From the NCBI GenBank assembly GCA_964291675.2, contig OZ219866.1:448001-512000 (forward strand): a DNA stretch of 64,000 nt. The letters are read 5' to 3'. The DNA comes from Alphaproteobacteria bacterium (GTDB lineage Bacteria > Pseudomonadota > Alphaproteobacteria > MPNO01). Position 1 is the first letter of the stretch. Each line of letters starts with the position of its first letter. The position numbers and the translations under genes are program-made. The notes beneath the pieces were generated by a model that was not told the origin of the DNA, made no database searches, and saw only the letters and a program-made list of their open reading frames with translations. This document shows, in pieces, positions 22,539-34,991 of the stretch.

Positions 22539-23171
22539 CTATGGCGCGCCCGCCACCCGGTTCAGCGTGCGGCCCGCGCGTATCTCGGTCGCCGAGGCGG
22601 GATGCAGCCGGGTATGGAAGAAGCTCCACGCGGGCGGCCTGGCTTCCGCCAGCTTGTGCGCGTCCTTCGACCTGACCTTGAAGCGGGAGAAGGCCTGCGC
22701 CGCCTTGCCGGCCAGCGCGTCGAAGGAATACGGCGCCCGGTCGAACACGGCGATCGGCGCGAGGTTGAAGATCCTGGTCCATTGCCGCCACTGCGAGAGC
22801 TGCACCAAATTGTCGGCGCCCATGATCCAGACGAAATGCATGCGCGGGAAGCAGAAATCGAGCGCCGCCAGGGTGTGCGCGGTGTAGCCCGTGCCGAGCC
22901 GCCGCTCGATATCGGTGACGGCGATCGCCGGGTGGGTCGCAAGCGCCCGGGCGCCGGCCAGCCGCTCTTCGAACGGCGCCATTCCGGCGGTCGGCTTCAG
23001 CGGGTTCTGCGGCGAGACCATCCACCAGATCTCGTCCAGGCGCAGGTTCTTGAGCGCCAGGATCGAGATATGGAGATGGCCGTCATGGGCCGGGTTGAAC
23101 GACCCGCCCAGCAGGCCGACCCTGAGGCCCGGCGCGTCCAGGCCGCGGCGAATCGACGTGTAGACGGTCAG
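22539..23171 (-). CDS. nadD: Nicotinate-nucleotide adenylyltransferase
   Basis: Frame extends upstream of the ORF-track start through [14 protein letters not shown]; WIMGADNL and SAT motifs. Probable CTG start overlapping the proA stop. Confidence 0.9.
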   Translation of the reverse strand: MTVYTSIRRGLDAPGLRVGLLGGSFNPAHDGHLHISILALKNLRLDEIWWMVSPQNPLKPTAGMAPFEERLAGARALATHPAIAVTDIERRLGTGYTAHTLAALDFCFPRMHFVWIMGADNLVQLSQWRQWTRIFNLAPIAVFDRAPYSFDALAGKAAQAFSRFKVRSKDAHKLAEARPPAWSFFHTRLHPASATEIRAGRTLNRVAGAP

Positions 23172-24451
23172 GGCCGAACCTGCCCCGACCCGCGCACCAC
23201 GTATTTGAAGGTGGTGAGCTGTTCCACCCCGACCGGGCCCCTGGCGTGCAGCCGCCCGGTCGAGATGCCGATCTCCGCCCCCATGCCGAACTCGCCGCCA
23301 TCGGCGAACTGGGTCGAGGCGTTGTGCAGCACGATCGCCGAATCGACGGCGCCGAGAAAGCGCTCGGCGGCGGCATCGTCGGCGGTGACGATCGCGTCGG
23401 TATGCTGCGAGCCGTGCGTGTTGATATGGGCGATCGCGTCCTCCAGCCCGCCGACCTGCTTCACCGCGATGATCGCGTCGAGATACTCGGTGTCCCAGTC
23501 GCTGTCGACGGCCGGTGCCACCCGGTCGTCGAGCGCCCGCGTGTCGGCGCAGCCGCGCAGCTCGCAGCCGGCCCGGGCGAGGTCGTCGAGGATCGGCGGC
23601 AGCACGTCGCGCGCGACCGCGCGGTCGACCAGCAGGGTTTCCGCCGCGCCGCAGATCCCGGGCCGGCGCATCTTCGCGTTGAAGGCGATGCTCCGCGCGG
23701 TCTCGGGATCGGCGCTCCGCTCGACATAGACATGGCAGTTGCCGTCGAGATGGGCGATCACCGGGATCCGGCTCTCCCGCTGCACCCGCTCGATCAGCGA
23801 CTTGCCGCCGCGCGGCACGATGATGTCGATCAGCTCGGCCATGGTCAGCATGGCGCCGACCGCCTCGCGGTCGGTGGTCGGCACCATCTGGATCGCCGCC
23901 GGCGGCAGACCGGCCTCGGCCAGCCCGGCCCGCAGGCAGTCCATGATCGCGCCCGAGGAGTGATAGCTCTCGGAGCCGCCGCGCAGGATGGCGGCGTTGC
24001 CGGATTTGAGGCAGAGCGCGCCGGCATCCGCGGTCACGTTGGGGCGCGATTCGTAGACGATGCCGATCACCCCGAGGGGAACGCGCACCCGCTCGATATG
24101 GAGCCCGTTCGGCCTCTCCCAGGCCGCCATGACATCGCCCACCGGGTCGTCGAGCGCGGCGACCGCCTCGATCCCTGCGGCCATCGCCTCGATGCGCGCC
24201 GGGGTGAGCTCGAGCCGGTCGACGAAGGCATCGGTCAGCCGGGCGGTGTCGACCGCGGCGAGGTCCCTGCCGTTGGCCTCGACGAGCCTGTGTTCGCTCG
24301 ACCTGATGTGCCGCGCCGCGGCGTGCAGCGCGCGGTTCTTCTCGTCGGCCCCGAACCCGCCCAGCGCCCGCGCCGCCGCGCGGGCGTCGCGGGCGAGGCG
24401 CTCCATCGACGCCCGAACGTCGTTCTCGTCGACCGCAACCTGGGTCGCCAC
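23168..24451 (-). CDS. proA: Glutamate-5-semialdehyde dehydrogenase
   Basis: [46 protein letters not shown]; GTG start with GAGGGAGG upstream. Confidence 0.96.
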   Translation of the reverse strand: MATQVAVDENDVRASMERLARDARAAARALGGFGADEKNRALHAAARHIRSSEHRLVEANGRDLAAVDTARLTDAFVDRLELTPARIEAMAAGIEAVAALDDPVGDVMAAWERPNGLHIERVRVPLGVIGIVYESRPNVTADAGALCLKSGNAAILRGGSESYHSSGAIMDCLRAGLAEAGLPPAAIQMVPTTDREAVGAMLTMAELIDIIVPRGGKSLIERVQRESRIPVIAHLDGNCHVYVERSADPETARSIAFNAKMRRPGICGAAETLLVDRAVARDVLPPILDDLARAGCELRGCADTRALDDRVAPAVDSDWDTEYLDAIIAVKQVGGLEDAIAHINTHGSQHTDAIVTADDAAAERFLGAVDSAIVLHNASTQFADGGEFGMGAEIGISTGRLHARGPVGVEQLTTFKYVVRGSGQVRP

Positions 24452-24464
24452 CCCACCCTCCCTC

Positions 24465-26611
<2,147 letters not shown>

Positions 26612-26869
26612 CTATTGAGCGGGATCGACGGAAACGTAGATCCGCTTGTTCGCGCGGCGGCGAAACGCGACCCGCCCGGCGGCGGTTGCGAAGATCGTGT
26701 GGTCCTTGCCGATCCCGACATTCTCGCCGGGATGGAACTTCGTCCCGCGCTGGCGGATGATGATGTTGCCGGAGATGACCGCCTGGCCGCCGGCCTTCTT
26801 GACGCCGAGCCTGCGGCCGGCGGAATCGCGGCCGTTGCGGGAGCTTCCGCCGGCTTTCTTGTGCGCCAT
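26612..26869 (-). CDS. rpmA: 50S ribosomal protein L27
   Basis: [29 protein letters not shown]; TAATG overlap with rplU. Confidence 0.97.
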   Translation of the reverse strand: MAHKKAGGSSRNGRDSAGRRLGVKKAGGQAVISGNIIIRQRGTKFHPGENVGIGKDHTIFATAAGRVAFRRRANKRIYVSVDPAQ

Positions 26870-27213
26870 TACGAATTCTCCCCTGCGCCCTTGCCGGCAC
26901 CGCCGGCCAGAATGTCGGTTATGCGCAGCACCGTCTGATACTGGCGGTGGCCGTGCTTCCGGCGGTAGTTCTTCCGCCGCTTCTTCTTGAAGACGATGAT
27001 CTTGTCCGCCCGGGTCTGGTCGAGCACGGTCGCCGACACGAGGGCGCCGTCGACCAGCGGGCTGCCGACGATCGGACCCTTGCCGTCGTCGAGCATCAGC
27101 ACCTGGTCGAGTTCGACCGCCGCGCCGGGCTCGCCGGGCAGGCGTTCCACCTTGATCACGTCGTCCTTCTGGACGCGGTATTGCTTCCCGCCTGTGCGTA
27201 CGACTGCAAACAT
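26869..27213 (-). CDS. rplU: 50S ribosomal protein L21
   Basis: [31 protein letters not shown]. Confidence 0.97.
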   Translation of the reverse strand: MFAVVRTGGKQYRVQKDDVIKVERLPGEPGAAVELDQVLMLDDGKGPIVGSPLVDGALVSATVLDQTRADKIIVFKKKRRKNYRRKHGHRQYQTVLRITDILAGGAGKGAGENS

Positions 27214-27284
27214 CGGTCCGGCCAGTCAGAGAGGGCGCGGCGCCGGCGGAACGGCCGCCGAAGACCCGCGCGAGGCGAGGCGGG

Positions 27285-27312
27285 ACTATAGCCGGGGCGC
27301 CCGCATTGTCAA
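27285..27312 (-). promoter_or_regulatory. Strong sigma70-type promoter for rplU-rpmA
   Basis: Minus strand TTGACA-N16-TATAGT. Confidence 0.7.
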
Positions 27313-27333
27313 CGCCGGGGCGGGACATCCGGG

Positions 27334-28065
27334 CTAGGGAACCGGCGGCGACTCGACGCTGTCGAACAACGCGGCGATGCCGTCGCCGAAGGCCTGCCGC
27401 ATGCGGGAGAAATAGGCGTCGTCGGCCGCCACCTCGACGCGGGTCCCGCCATCGAGCGCATCGCGCCGATAGACCAGGAGGTCGATCGGCGGGCCGACCG
27501 AGATATTGCTGCGCATGGTGGAATCGAAGGAGATCAGGGCAGCCTTGGCGGCTTCCGCCAGCGCCATGTCATGGCGCACCACGCGATCCAGGATCGGCTT
27601 TCCGTACTTGGTCTCGCCGATCTGCAGGAACGGGGTATCGGGCGTCGCCTCGATGAAGTTGCCGGCCTCGTAGATCTGGAACAGGCGCGGCGGACGGCCC
27701 GCGATCTGGCCGGCGACCAGGAAGCTGGTGCCGGGATCGGCGCCCGAGGCGCGGACCGTCTCGGCATCGTCGCGCATCACGTCCCTGAGCACGGAACCGA
27801 CGATCCGGGCCGCGTTGAACATGCTCGCGGACTCGAACAGGCTGTCCTGGCCCTGGCGGCTGGCGAGCCGTTCGCCGACCACCGAGATCACGGATTGCGA
27901 CGTCGCCAGGTTGCCCGCCGACAGGAGCGCGATCACCCGTTCGCCAGGTTGAGCGTACACCGTGAGCTTGCGGAACGAAGCGACGTGATCGACGCCCGCC
28001 GCCGTCCTGGTATCGGCGGCCAGCACCAGCCCCTGTTCGAGCAGCATGCCGACGCAGTAGGTCAT
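27334..28065 (-). CDS. Anbu, proteasome-beta-like Ntn peptidase
   Basis: MTYCVG (Thr1 after Met removal), [49 protein letters not shown]. Confidence 0.92.
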   Translation of the reverse strand: MTYCVGMLLEQGLVLAADTRTAAGVDHVASFRKLTVYAQPGERVIALLSAGNLATSQSVISVVGERLASRQGQDSLFESASMFNAARIVGSVLRDVMRDDAETVRASGADPGTSFLVAGQIAGRPPRLFQIYEAGNFIEATPDTPFLQIGETKYGKPILDRVVRHDMALAEAAKAALISFDSTMRSNISVGPPIDLLVYRRDALDGGTRVEVAADDAYFSRMRQAFGDGIAALFDSVESPPVP

Positions 28066-28110
28066 CGAATCGGCGCTCTCCGGCCCGGCCCGAAGGCGCG
28101 CCGTGCCGCT

Positions 28111-28932
28111 TCAGGACGCACCCCGCCGCCTTTCCTCTACCCTCACGGACACGGTCAGACGCTCTTCCGCGTCGCCGCCCTCGCGCACGCCACGGATCGG
28201 GCAGGCGCTCTCGTAGTCGAGACCGATCGCGGTGCCGACATAGCACTCCGTGCCGCAGGTCCGGTTGGCGACGTCGAAGCTGACCCATCCCAGCCCGTCC
28301 ACCCAGGCGGCCGCCCAGGCATGGCCCGCCGTCGCCGGTTCGTCCTGTTCGGGGACGTGGAGATAGCCGCTGACATAGCGCGCCGGGATGCCGAGCGCGC
28401 GGCAGACGGCGATGAACACATGGCTGTGGTCCTGGCAGACGCCGACGCCGTTCCGCAGCGCCTCCGAGGCGGACGACTGGACGCCGGTCGTGCCTTCGCG
28501 ATAGTCGATGCGATCGCGGATCGCGGTCGCGATGCGATGCACCGCGTCCAGCCGGTCGGCGGCGACGGCGTCCGCGAAAGGCGCGGCGAAGCCGGCAATC
28601 GCCTCGTCCGCGGCGGTCAGCGGCGTCGGCCGCAGATAGGTCTCGACCGGAACGGTTCCCTGCTCGTCCGGCAGCACCCCGTTGGTGTCGACGGTCTCGA
28701 CCTCTCCCTCGGCGGCGATCTCGATCCGCTCGCCGGGACGGTCGAGGATCAGCGTGTCGCACTGGTTGCCGAAGGCGTCGACCCAGCGGGTCAGGCTCCC
28801 CGGGGCCTCGATGTTCCACCGGATCGCGCGCTGCGAGGCGTTGGCGTAGGGGGTCAGGCGAAAATACTGGATGCCGAACGAGATCGCGGCGTCGTAGTGA
28901 TAGGCGGTGCGGTGAACGATGGAGAGCCGCAT
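28111..28932 (-). CDS. Transglutaminase-like protein (bacterial N-terminal domain plus papain-like core)
   Basis: HRTAYHY, RLTP, DAFGN; triad GVCQDHSH / HAW / FD; GLDY. Confidence 0.92.
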   Translation of the reverse strand: MRLSIVHRTAYHYDAAISFGIQYFRLTPYANASQRAIRWNIEAPGSLTRWVDAFGNQCDTLILDRPGERIEIAAEGEVETVDTNGVLPDEQGTVPVETYLRPTPLTAADEAIAGFAAPFADAVAADRLDAVHRIATAIRDRIDYREGTTGVQSSASEALRNGVGVCQDHSHVFIAVCRALGIPARYVSGYLHVPEQDEPATAGHAWAAAWVDGLGWVSFDVANRTCGTECYVGTAIGLDYESACPIRGVREGGDAEERLTVSVRVEERRRGAS

Positions 28933-29897
28933 CAGGCGGGAAGCCCGGAACGTTGCCGCATCATGAAGTCGTGCTCGATCTGCATGCCGAGCTCGCCGTT
29001 GCGTTCGATGAAGCGGGTCAGGAATTGATGCAGCCCCTGCTGGAAGATGCCGTCGATCCGGCCGAACCGGAGCCCGGCATGGATCTCGCCGGCGATCCGC
29101 TGGCATTCCCGGGGCCGGCCCTGGCAGAGCGCGTCAAGCTGCCCGGTGATGCGGTCGAAGCAGGCCATCAGCGACCGCGGCATGTCGCGCCGCAGCAGCA
29201 ACAGCTCGGCCACCCTGTCCGGCTGAATCACGTCGGAATAGACCTTGTGGTAGGCGCGGAAGGCGCTCAGCGAACGGAGCACCGCCCCCCACTGGTAGTA
29301 GTCGACCGACCCGCCGATATGCTCGTCGCTCGGCAGCAGCACGTGGTATTTGGAATCGAGCAGCCTCGCCGTGTTGTCGGCGCGTTCGATCGCCAGGCCG
29401 AGGTCGAGAAAGGCGTAGCTCTCGTCGCGCAGCATGGTCGCGTCGGTGACGCCGCGGAAGGAGTGGGTGCGTTCCTTGATCCAGTCGCAGAAATCGCGCA
29501 CGCCGCCGTTGAACAGCGATGTCGAGTCGTAGTCGCGCAGCTCGAGCCAGGTGGCGTTGATGCTCTCCCACATCTCGACCGTGACCGACGCCCTGAGCGC
29601 GCGCGCATTCTCCCGCGCGGCGCGGACCGAGGAAAAGATGCTGGAGGGGAAACCGTCGTCGAAGGCGAGGAAGAGGACCGCGCTCGCGCCCGAAATCTGG
29701 CCCCCGAAGGTGACGAAATCCTCCGGGTAGCCGGCGACTTCGAGCGTCGACCCCCAGACCGATTCCTGCGCCTGGCCCGGCACGTCGAGGAGCACCATCC
29801 GGTTGGCGACGTCGATCAGCCGGGCCATGTTTTCGGCCCGCTCGATATAGCGCGCCATCCAGTAGAGCTGGTTGGCCGTGCGGCCCAGCATGGTCAT
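28932..29897 (-). CDS. Alpha-E domain protein (DUF403)
   Basis: MLGRTANQLYWMARYIERAEN, ARENAR, EMWE, IERADNTARLL, PRSL. Confidence 0.92.
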   Translation of the reverse strand: MTMLGRTANQLYWMARYIERAENMARLIDVANRMVLLDVPGQAQESVWGSTLEVAGYPEDFVTFGGQISGASAVLFLAFDDGFPSSIFSSVRAARENARALRASVTVEMWESINATWLELRDYDSTSLFNGGVRDFCDWIKERTHSFRGVTDATMLRDESYAFLDLGLAIERADNTARLLDSKYHVLLPSDEHIGGSVDYYQWGAVLRSLSAFRAYHKVYSDVIQPDRVAELLLLRRDMPRSLMACFDRITGQLDALCQGRPRECQRIAGEIHAGLRFGRIDGIFQQGLHQFLTRFIERNGELGMQIEHDFMMRQRSGLPA

Positions 29898-31303
29898 GCT
29901 TCGAGCACCCATGTGTCCTTGGTGCCGCCGCCCTGGGAGGAGTTCACCACGAGCGAGCCCTCGGTCAGCGCCACCCGGGTCAACCCGCAGGGCACCACCG
30001 AGACCGTCTCGCCGCTCAGCACGTAGGGGCGGAGATCGACATGGCGCGGGGCGATGCCCTCGTCGACGAAGGTCGGGCAGTGCGACAGCGCGAGCGTCGG
30101 CTGGGCGATGAAATTCTCCGGGCAGTCGAGGATCCGGGCGCGATAGGCTTCGCGCTCCCCGGCGGTGCTCATCGGCCCGACCAGCATGCCGTAGCCGCCC
30201 GAGCCGTGGACCTCCTTGACCACCAGCTCCGCCAGGTGTTCCAGCGTGTAGGCGAGATCGTCGGGCTTGCGCAGCACATAGGTCTCGACGTTTTCGAGGA
30301 TCGGCTCCTCGCCGAGATAGAAGCGGACGACCTCGGGCACGTAGGGGTAGATCGACTTGTCGTCGGCGAAGCCCGTGCCGAACGCGTTGGCGAGCGTCAC
30401 CCGCCCGCCGCGGCAGACCGAGAGCAGCCCGGGCACGCCGAGCTGCGAATCCGGGCGGAAGGCGAGCGGGTCGAGAAACTCGTCGTTGATCCGCCGGTAG
30501 ATCACGTCGACCCGCTTGAGCCCCTCGATGGTCCGCATCAGCACCTGACCGTCGCGGACCACCAGATCCTGACCCTCGACCAGCTCGATCCCCATCGCAT
30601 CGGCGAGGAAGGCGTGCTCGAAATAGGCGCTGTTGTAGGACCCGGGGGTGAGCAGGACCACCGTCGGATCGTCCACCCCCGGCGGCGCGGTGGCGCGCAG
30701 GTTGCGCAAGAGCTCCTGCGGGTAGTGCTCTACGGCGGCCACGTCGACCCTGGCGAACAAATCGGGGAAGAGCCGCATCATCGTGTTGCGGTTCTCCAGC
30801 ATGTAGGACACGCCCGACGGCGAGCGCAGATTGTCCTCCAGCACGTAGAACCGGTTCTCTTCGACGCGGACGATATCGATGCCCGCGACATGGACGTAGA
30901 CGCCGCGCGGCACGTCCAGCCCGTACATGTGGGGCTCCAGCAGCGCGTTCGAGAGCAGCACGTCGGCGGGCAGCACCCCGGCGCGGACGATCTCCCGCTG
31001 GTGATAGATGTCGTGGATAAACATGTTGAGCGCGCGAACCCGCTGGATCAGCCCCGCCGACAGGTGCTCCCATTCCCCGGCGGAGAAGATGCGCGGGATG
31101 ATGTCGAACGGGATCAGCCGCTCGGTTCCGCCTTCCCGGCCGTAGACCAGGAAGGTGATGCCGAGGCGCCGGAACAGCATCTCGGCCTCGTCGCGCTTCG
31201 ACTTGAGGCGCTCGACGGGGGTCCCTTCGAGCCAGGCGGCGAGCGCGCGATAGGCATCGCGCACCCCGCCTTCGGGCAGGTTCATCTCGTCGTAGAAGCG
31301 CAT
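29894..31303 (-). CDS. Circularly permuted type-2 ATP-grasp amidoligase
   Basis: ERLIPFDIIPR, LEDNLRSPSGVSY, NSAYFEH, GSGGYG, NSSQGGGTKDTW. Confidence 0.93.
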   Translation of the reverse strand: MRFYDEMNLPEGGVRDAYRALAAWLEGTPVERLKSKRDEAEMLFRRLGITFLVYGREGGTERLIPFDIIPRIFSAGEWEHLSAGLIQRVRALNMFIHDIYHQREIVRAGVLPADVLLSNALLEPHMYGLDVPRGVYVHVAGIDIVRVEENRFYVLEDNLRSPSGVSYMLENRNTMMRLFPDLFARVDVAAVEHYPQELLRNLRATAPPGVDDPTVVLLTPGSYNSAYFEHAFLADAMGIELVEGQDLVVRDGQVLMRTIEGLKRVDVIYRRINDEFLDPLAFRPDSQLGVPGLLSVCRGGRVTLANAFGTGFADDKSIYPYVPEVVRFYLGEEPILENVETYVLRKPDDLAYTLEHLAELVVKEVHGSGGYGMLVGPMSTAGEREAYRARILDCPENFIAQPTLALSHCPTFVDEGIAPRHVDLRPYVLSGETVSVVPCGLTRVALTEGSLVVNSSQGGGTKDTWVLEA

Positions 31304-31346
31304 CGCCGCCAAGCCTTCCCTCGCCGTCGACGAATAGAGCGAATCC

Positions 31347-33557
31347 TCACAGAAATGTATAGGGGTCGATGTCGACATGGACGCGTACGCCGCGCCCCGT
31401 CGGGACCTGGCGCAGCCAGCGCTCGATCGCCGGCTGGACGCGCACGCCGAGCGGCGCCTTGACCAGGAACCGCCGCCGGTGCCGTCCGCGGATCAGCGCC
31501 AGCGGCGCCGGCGCGGGGCCGAGGACGGTCACCTCGCGGCCGCGCGGCGCGGCCCGGGCCAGGGCGCGGCAGGCGGCGTCGACGGCGGGCTCGTTGCGCC
31601 CGGAGACCACGATCCCGGCGAGCCGGCCGAAGGGCGGCATCGCGTGGCTCTCGCGCGCCCGCGCCTCGCTGGCGAGGAAGCCGTCGCGGTCGCCGGCGAC
31701 CAGCGCGGCCATCACCGGATGGTCCGGGTCGTAGGTCTGGATCAGGGCGCGGCCGGGCCGCGCGGCGCGCCCGGCGCGGCCCGCCACCTGATGCAGCACC
31801 TGGAAGCTGCGCTCGGCGGCGCGCAGATCGCCGCCGTCGAGCCCGAGATCGGCATCGACCACGCCGACCAGGGTCAGGTCGGGGAAGTTGTGCCCCTTGG
31901 CGACGAGCTGGGTGCCGATGACGATATCGTAGTCGTGCCGCCGGATGCCCCCGATCAGCGCCTCGGCGGCGGATGCGCTGCGCAGCGCATCGCTCGACAT
32001 CAGCGCCAGACGCGCCCCGGGGAAGGTCTCGGCCGCCTCCTCGCTGAGCCGCTCGACGCCCGGGCCGCAGGCGACGAAGGCGTCCTCGGCCGCGCATTCC
32101 GGGCAGGCACCGGGCGGCGGCGTGGAGAAGCCGCAATGGTGGCATTGCAGCTTGCGCGCGAGCCGGTGATCCACCAGCCAGGCGCTGCATTGCGGGCACT
32201 CGATCCGGTGCCCGCAGCCGCGGCAGAGGGTAAGCGGCGCATAGCCCCTGCGGTTGAGGAACAACAGCGCCTGCTCGCCCGCGTCCAGCGTCCGCGCCAC
32301 CGCCTCGCGCAGGCGCGGCGACAGCCAGGTCTGGGGCGCCATCGTCTGTTCGCGCATGTCGATCGCCGCTATCTCCGGCAGCGCCGTGCCGCCGAAGCGC
32401 TCGGGGAGGGAGATCCGCCCGTAGCGCCCGCGGCGGACATTGACCACGGTCTCCAGCGTCGGCGTGGCCGAGGCGAGGACGATGGGGCAGGCCGCGTCCC
32501 GCGCCCGCACGATCGCTATGTCGCGGGCGTTGTAGATCACCCCGTCTTCCTGCTTGAAGCTGGAATCGTGCTCCTCGTCGACGACGATCAGGCCGAGCTC
32601 GGGAAACGGCAGGAACAATGCGGACCGCGCGCCGACGACGACCCGTGCCCTGCCGCCGGAGACCGCGCGCCAGGTCTCGCGCCGGCGCGAGCCCGTGACC
32701 TCGGAGTGCCAATGCAGCGGCGGTGCCCCGAAGCGGTCCTCGAAACGCCGCAGCCAATCGACGGTGAGCGCGATTTCGGGCAGCAGCACGAGCACCTGCC
32801 GTTCGCGCGCCAACGCCGCGGCGATCGCTTCGAAATAGACTTCGGTCTTGCCGGAGCCGGTGATCCCGTCGAGCAGCGTGATCGAATCGGACACCCCGGC
32901 GGCGATCGCTCCCCGGAGACGCCGGGCGGCGGCGTCCTGGGCCGGGCTGAGGACGGGCCCCCTCCGCCGCCAGTCCGGCGGCTCGATCTCCATCGCGGGT
33001 TCGACGGAGACGGCGCGCACCAGCCCGTGCTCGACCAGGCCGCGCACCACGCCGGCGCCGCTGCCGGTCGCGCGGGCGATCTCGGCGGCCCGGCAGGCGC
33101 GGCCGTGAGCGAGGAAATCGAGCACGCGCTTGCGCGCGGCGGTCAACCGGACCCCGTCTTGCGCGCCGGACGGGTCGAGCGCATAGGCCGTCTCCAACCG
33201 TGGGGGGTCGAGCGCCTGGGGTACGCTCATCGCCATGCGCAGCACCGCCCCCGGCGGCGACATCGTGTAAGTGGCCGTCCAGTCGACGGTGCGCAGCAGA
33301 TCGGCCGGAAGCGGCGGCACGTCGAGCACGGCGGCGATATCGCGGAGCTTCGCCTCGTCGACATCGCCCCCGGGCTCGCCCCACACCACGCCGGTCACTT
33401 CGCGCGCGCCCAAGGGCACGCGGACGAACCGCCCGGGGGCGAGTTCCATGCCTTCGGGCACGCGATAGTCATAGGCGCCGGCGACCGGCAGCGGCACCAG
33501 AACGGCGGCCCGGGCGGAGTCGATTCGCGACGCTGTCCTGACAAGGCCGGGCTTCAT
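31347..33557 (-). CDS. priA: Primosomal protein N' helicase
   Basis: GITGSGKTEVY, DEEH, NRRGY, four CxxC motifs, QVAGRAGR. Confidence 0.96.
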   Translation of the reverse strand: MKPGLVRTASRIDSARAAVLVPLPVAGAYDYRVPEGMELAPGRFVRVPLGAREVTGVVWGEPGGDVDEAKLRDIAAVLDVPPLPADLLRTVDWTATYTMSPPGAVLRMAMSVPQALDPPRLETAYALDPSGAQDGVRLTAARKRVLDFLAHGRACRAAEIARATGSGAGVVRGLVEHGLVRAVSVEPAMEIEPPDWRRRGPVLSPAQDAAARRLRGAIAAGVSDSITLLDGITGSGKTEVYFEAIAAALARERQVLVLLPEIALTVDWLRRFEDRFGAPPLHWHSEVTGSRRRETWRAVSGGRARVVVGARSALFLPFPELGLIVVDEEHDSSFKQEDGVIYNARDIAIVRARDAACPIVLASATPTLETVVNVRRGRYGRISLPERFGGTALPEIAAIDMREQTMAPQTWLSPRLREAVARTLDAGEQALLFLNRRGYAPLTLCRGCGHRIECPQCSAWLVDHRLARKLQCHHCGFSTPPPGACPECAAEDAFVACGPGVERLSEEAAETFPGARLALMSSDALRSASAAEALIGGIRRHDYDIVIGTQLVAKGHNFPDLTLVGVVDADLGLDGGDLRAAERSFQVLHQVAGRAGRAARPGRALIQTYDPDHPVMAALVAGDRDGFLASEARARESHAMPPFGRLAGIVVSGRNEPAVDAACRALARAAPRGREVTVLGPAPAPLALIRGRHRRRFLVKAPLGVRVQPAIERWLRQVPTGRGVRVHVDIDPYTFL

Positions 33558-33622
33558 GCTCTACACTCTAAGCGGTCGTTCCGAGGCGTCCACGCCGCGT
33601 CTCCGGGCAGGAAGGAGCCGCT

Positions 33623-34285
33623 ATGAAGTTCTTCGTCGACACGGCGGATGTTGGCGAGATTCGCGACCTCGCGGCGACCGGCCTCCTCGACGGCGTGACC
33701 ACGAATCCCTCTCTGGTCGCCAAGTCGGGCCGGCCCTTTCTGGAGATCATCCGCGAGATCTGCGAGGTGGTCGACGGCCCGGTGAGCGCCGAGGTCGCCG
33801 CGACCGATCATCCGACGATGCTGTCCGAAGGCCGCAAGCTCGCCCAGCTTGCCGGCAACGTCGCGGTCAAGGTGCCGCTGACGCCCGACGGCCTCAGGAC
33901 CTGCCGGGCGCTCGCCGATGACGGGGTGATGGTCAACGTTACCCTGTGCTTCTCGGCCAGCCAGTCGATCCTCGCCGCCAAGGCCGGCGCCGCCTTCGTT
34001 TCGCCCTTCATCGGCCGTCTCGACGACATCAGCCGCGACGGCATGGGGCTGATCGAGGATATCCGTATGATCTACGACAACTACGAGACGTTTTCGACCG
34101 AGATCCTGGTCGCCTCCGTCCGCAGCCCCAACCATGTCGCGGAAGCCGCCAAGCTCGGCGCCGACGTGGCGACCATTCCGCCCGGCGTCCTTCGCCAGCT
34201 GTTCAACCATCCGCTGACCGACAAGGGTCTTGACGCGTTTCTCGCCGACTGGGCCGCGACCGGCCAGTCCATTCTCGACGCCTGA
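33623..34285 (+). CDS. tal: Transaldolase / fructose-6-phosphate aldolase family
   Basis: [19 protein letters not shown] (Schiff-base Lys), [23 protein letters not shown]. Confidence 0.9.
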   Translation: MKFFVDTADVGEIRDLAATGLLDGVTTNPSLVAKSGRPFLEIIREICEVVDGPVSAEVAATDHPTMLSEGRKLAQLAGNVAVKVPLTPDGLRTCRALADDGVMVNVTLCFSASQSILAAKAGAAFVSPFIGRLDDISRDGMGLIEDIRMIYDNYETFSTEILVASVRSPNHVAEAAKLGADVATIPPGVLRQLFNHPLTDKGLDAFLADWAATGQSILDA

Positions 34286-34289
34286 GGCG

Positions 34290-34991
34290 ATGCCCAAAGC
34301 CATCGACGACCCGACGCTGGGCGCGAAACCCGAGCTGACCGCCGAAGACATCCGCGACTGGCTCGCCGCCAACCCCGACTTCCTGGACCGGAATGCGGAC
34401 CTTCTGGTCGCGCAGGACGCGCGCCATGCCGACGACATACCCGGCGTCGTCGATCTCCGGCGGCACATCCTGGAAGGGCTGAGGCGCAGCCTCGAACGCC
34501 AGAAGGCGCGGGAGCGGGAGATCCTGCTCGCCGCGGAGGACCGGGCGCGAGCGGTCGCGCGGACGCAGGACGCGGTGCTCGCGGTGCTCCGGCAGACCTC
34601 GCTCGGGGGGCTTGCCCAGCGGGTCGCCTCGCAGTTTCCGGTCCTGTTCTCGACCACCGCGGCGGCGCTCGTGGTGGAAGGCGGCCTCGGGGCCGGGCAG
34701 GGGGAGCTGCTGGCGCTTCCGACGGACGTGATGGACACCCTGATCCCGCCGGGCAAGACGGCTCGCCTCGGACGGGCGACCGACGCCGACCGGTGCGCGC
34801 TCGGCGACCGGTTCTCGCTGGTCGAATCGCTGGCGGCGATCCGTCTCCAGACCCGGCACGGCCGCTTCGCCCTGGTCCTGGGTTCGTCGACCGCGGACGA
34901 GTTTGCGCCGGACCAGGGGACCGACCTCCTCGACTTTCTCGGCAGCGTTCTCGAGCACGCGATCGACAGATGGCCGCGCCGCCGGCGCTAG
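34290..34991 (+). CDS. DUF484 family protein
   Basis: WLAANPDFL, VVDL, C-terminal LGS...F.P.QGTDLL.FL; adjacent to xerC. Confidence 0.8.
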   Translation: MPKAIDDPTLGAKPELTAEDIRDWLAANPDFLDRNADLLVAQDARHADDIPGVVDLRRHILEGLRRSLERQKAREREILLAAEDRARAVARTQDAVLAVLRQTSLGGLAQRVASQFPVLFSTTAAALVVEGGLGAGQGELLALPTDVMDTLIPPGKTARLGRATDADRCALGDRFSLVESLAAIRLQTRHGRFALVLGSSTADEFAPDQGTDLLDFLGSVLEHAIDRWPRRRR

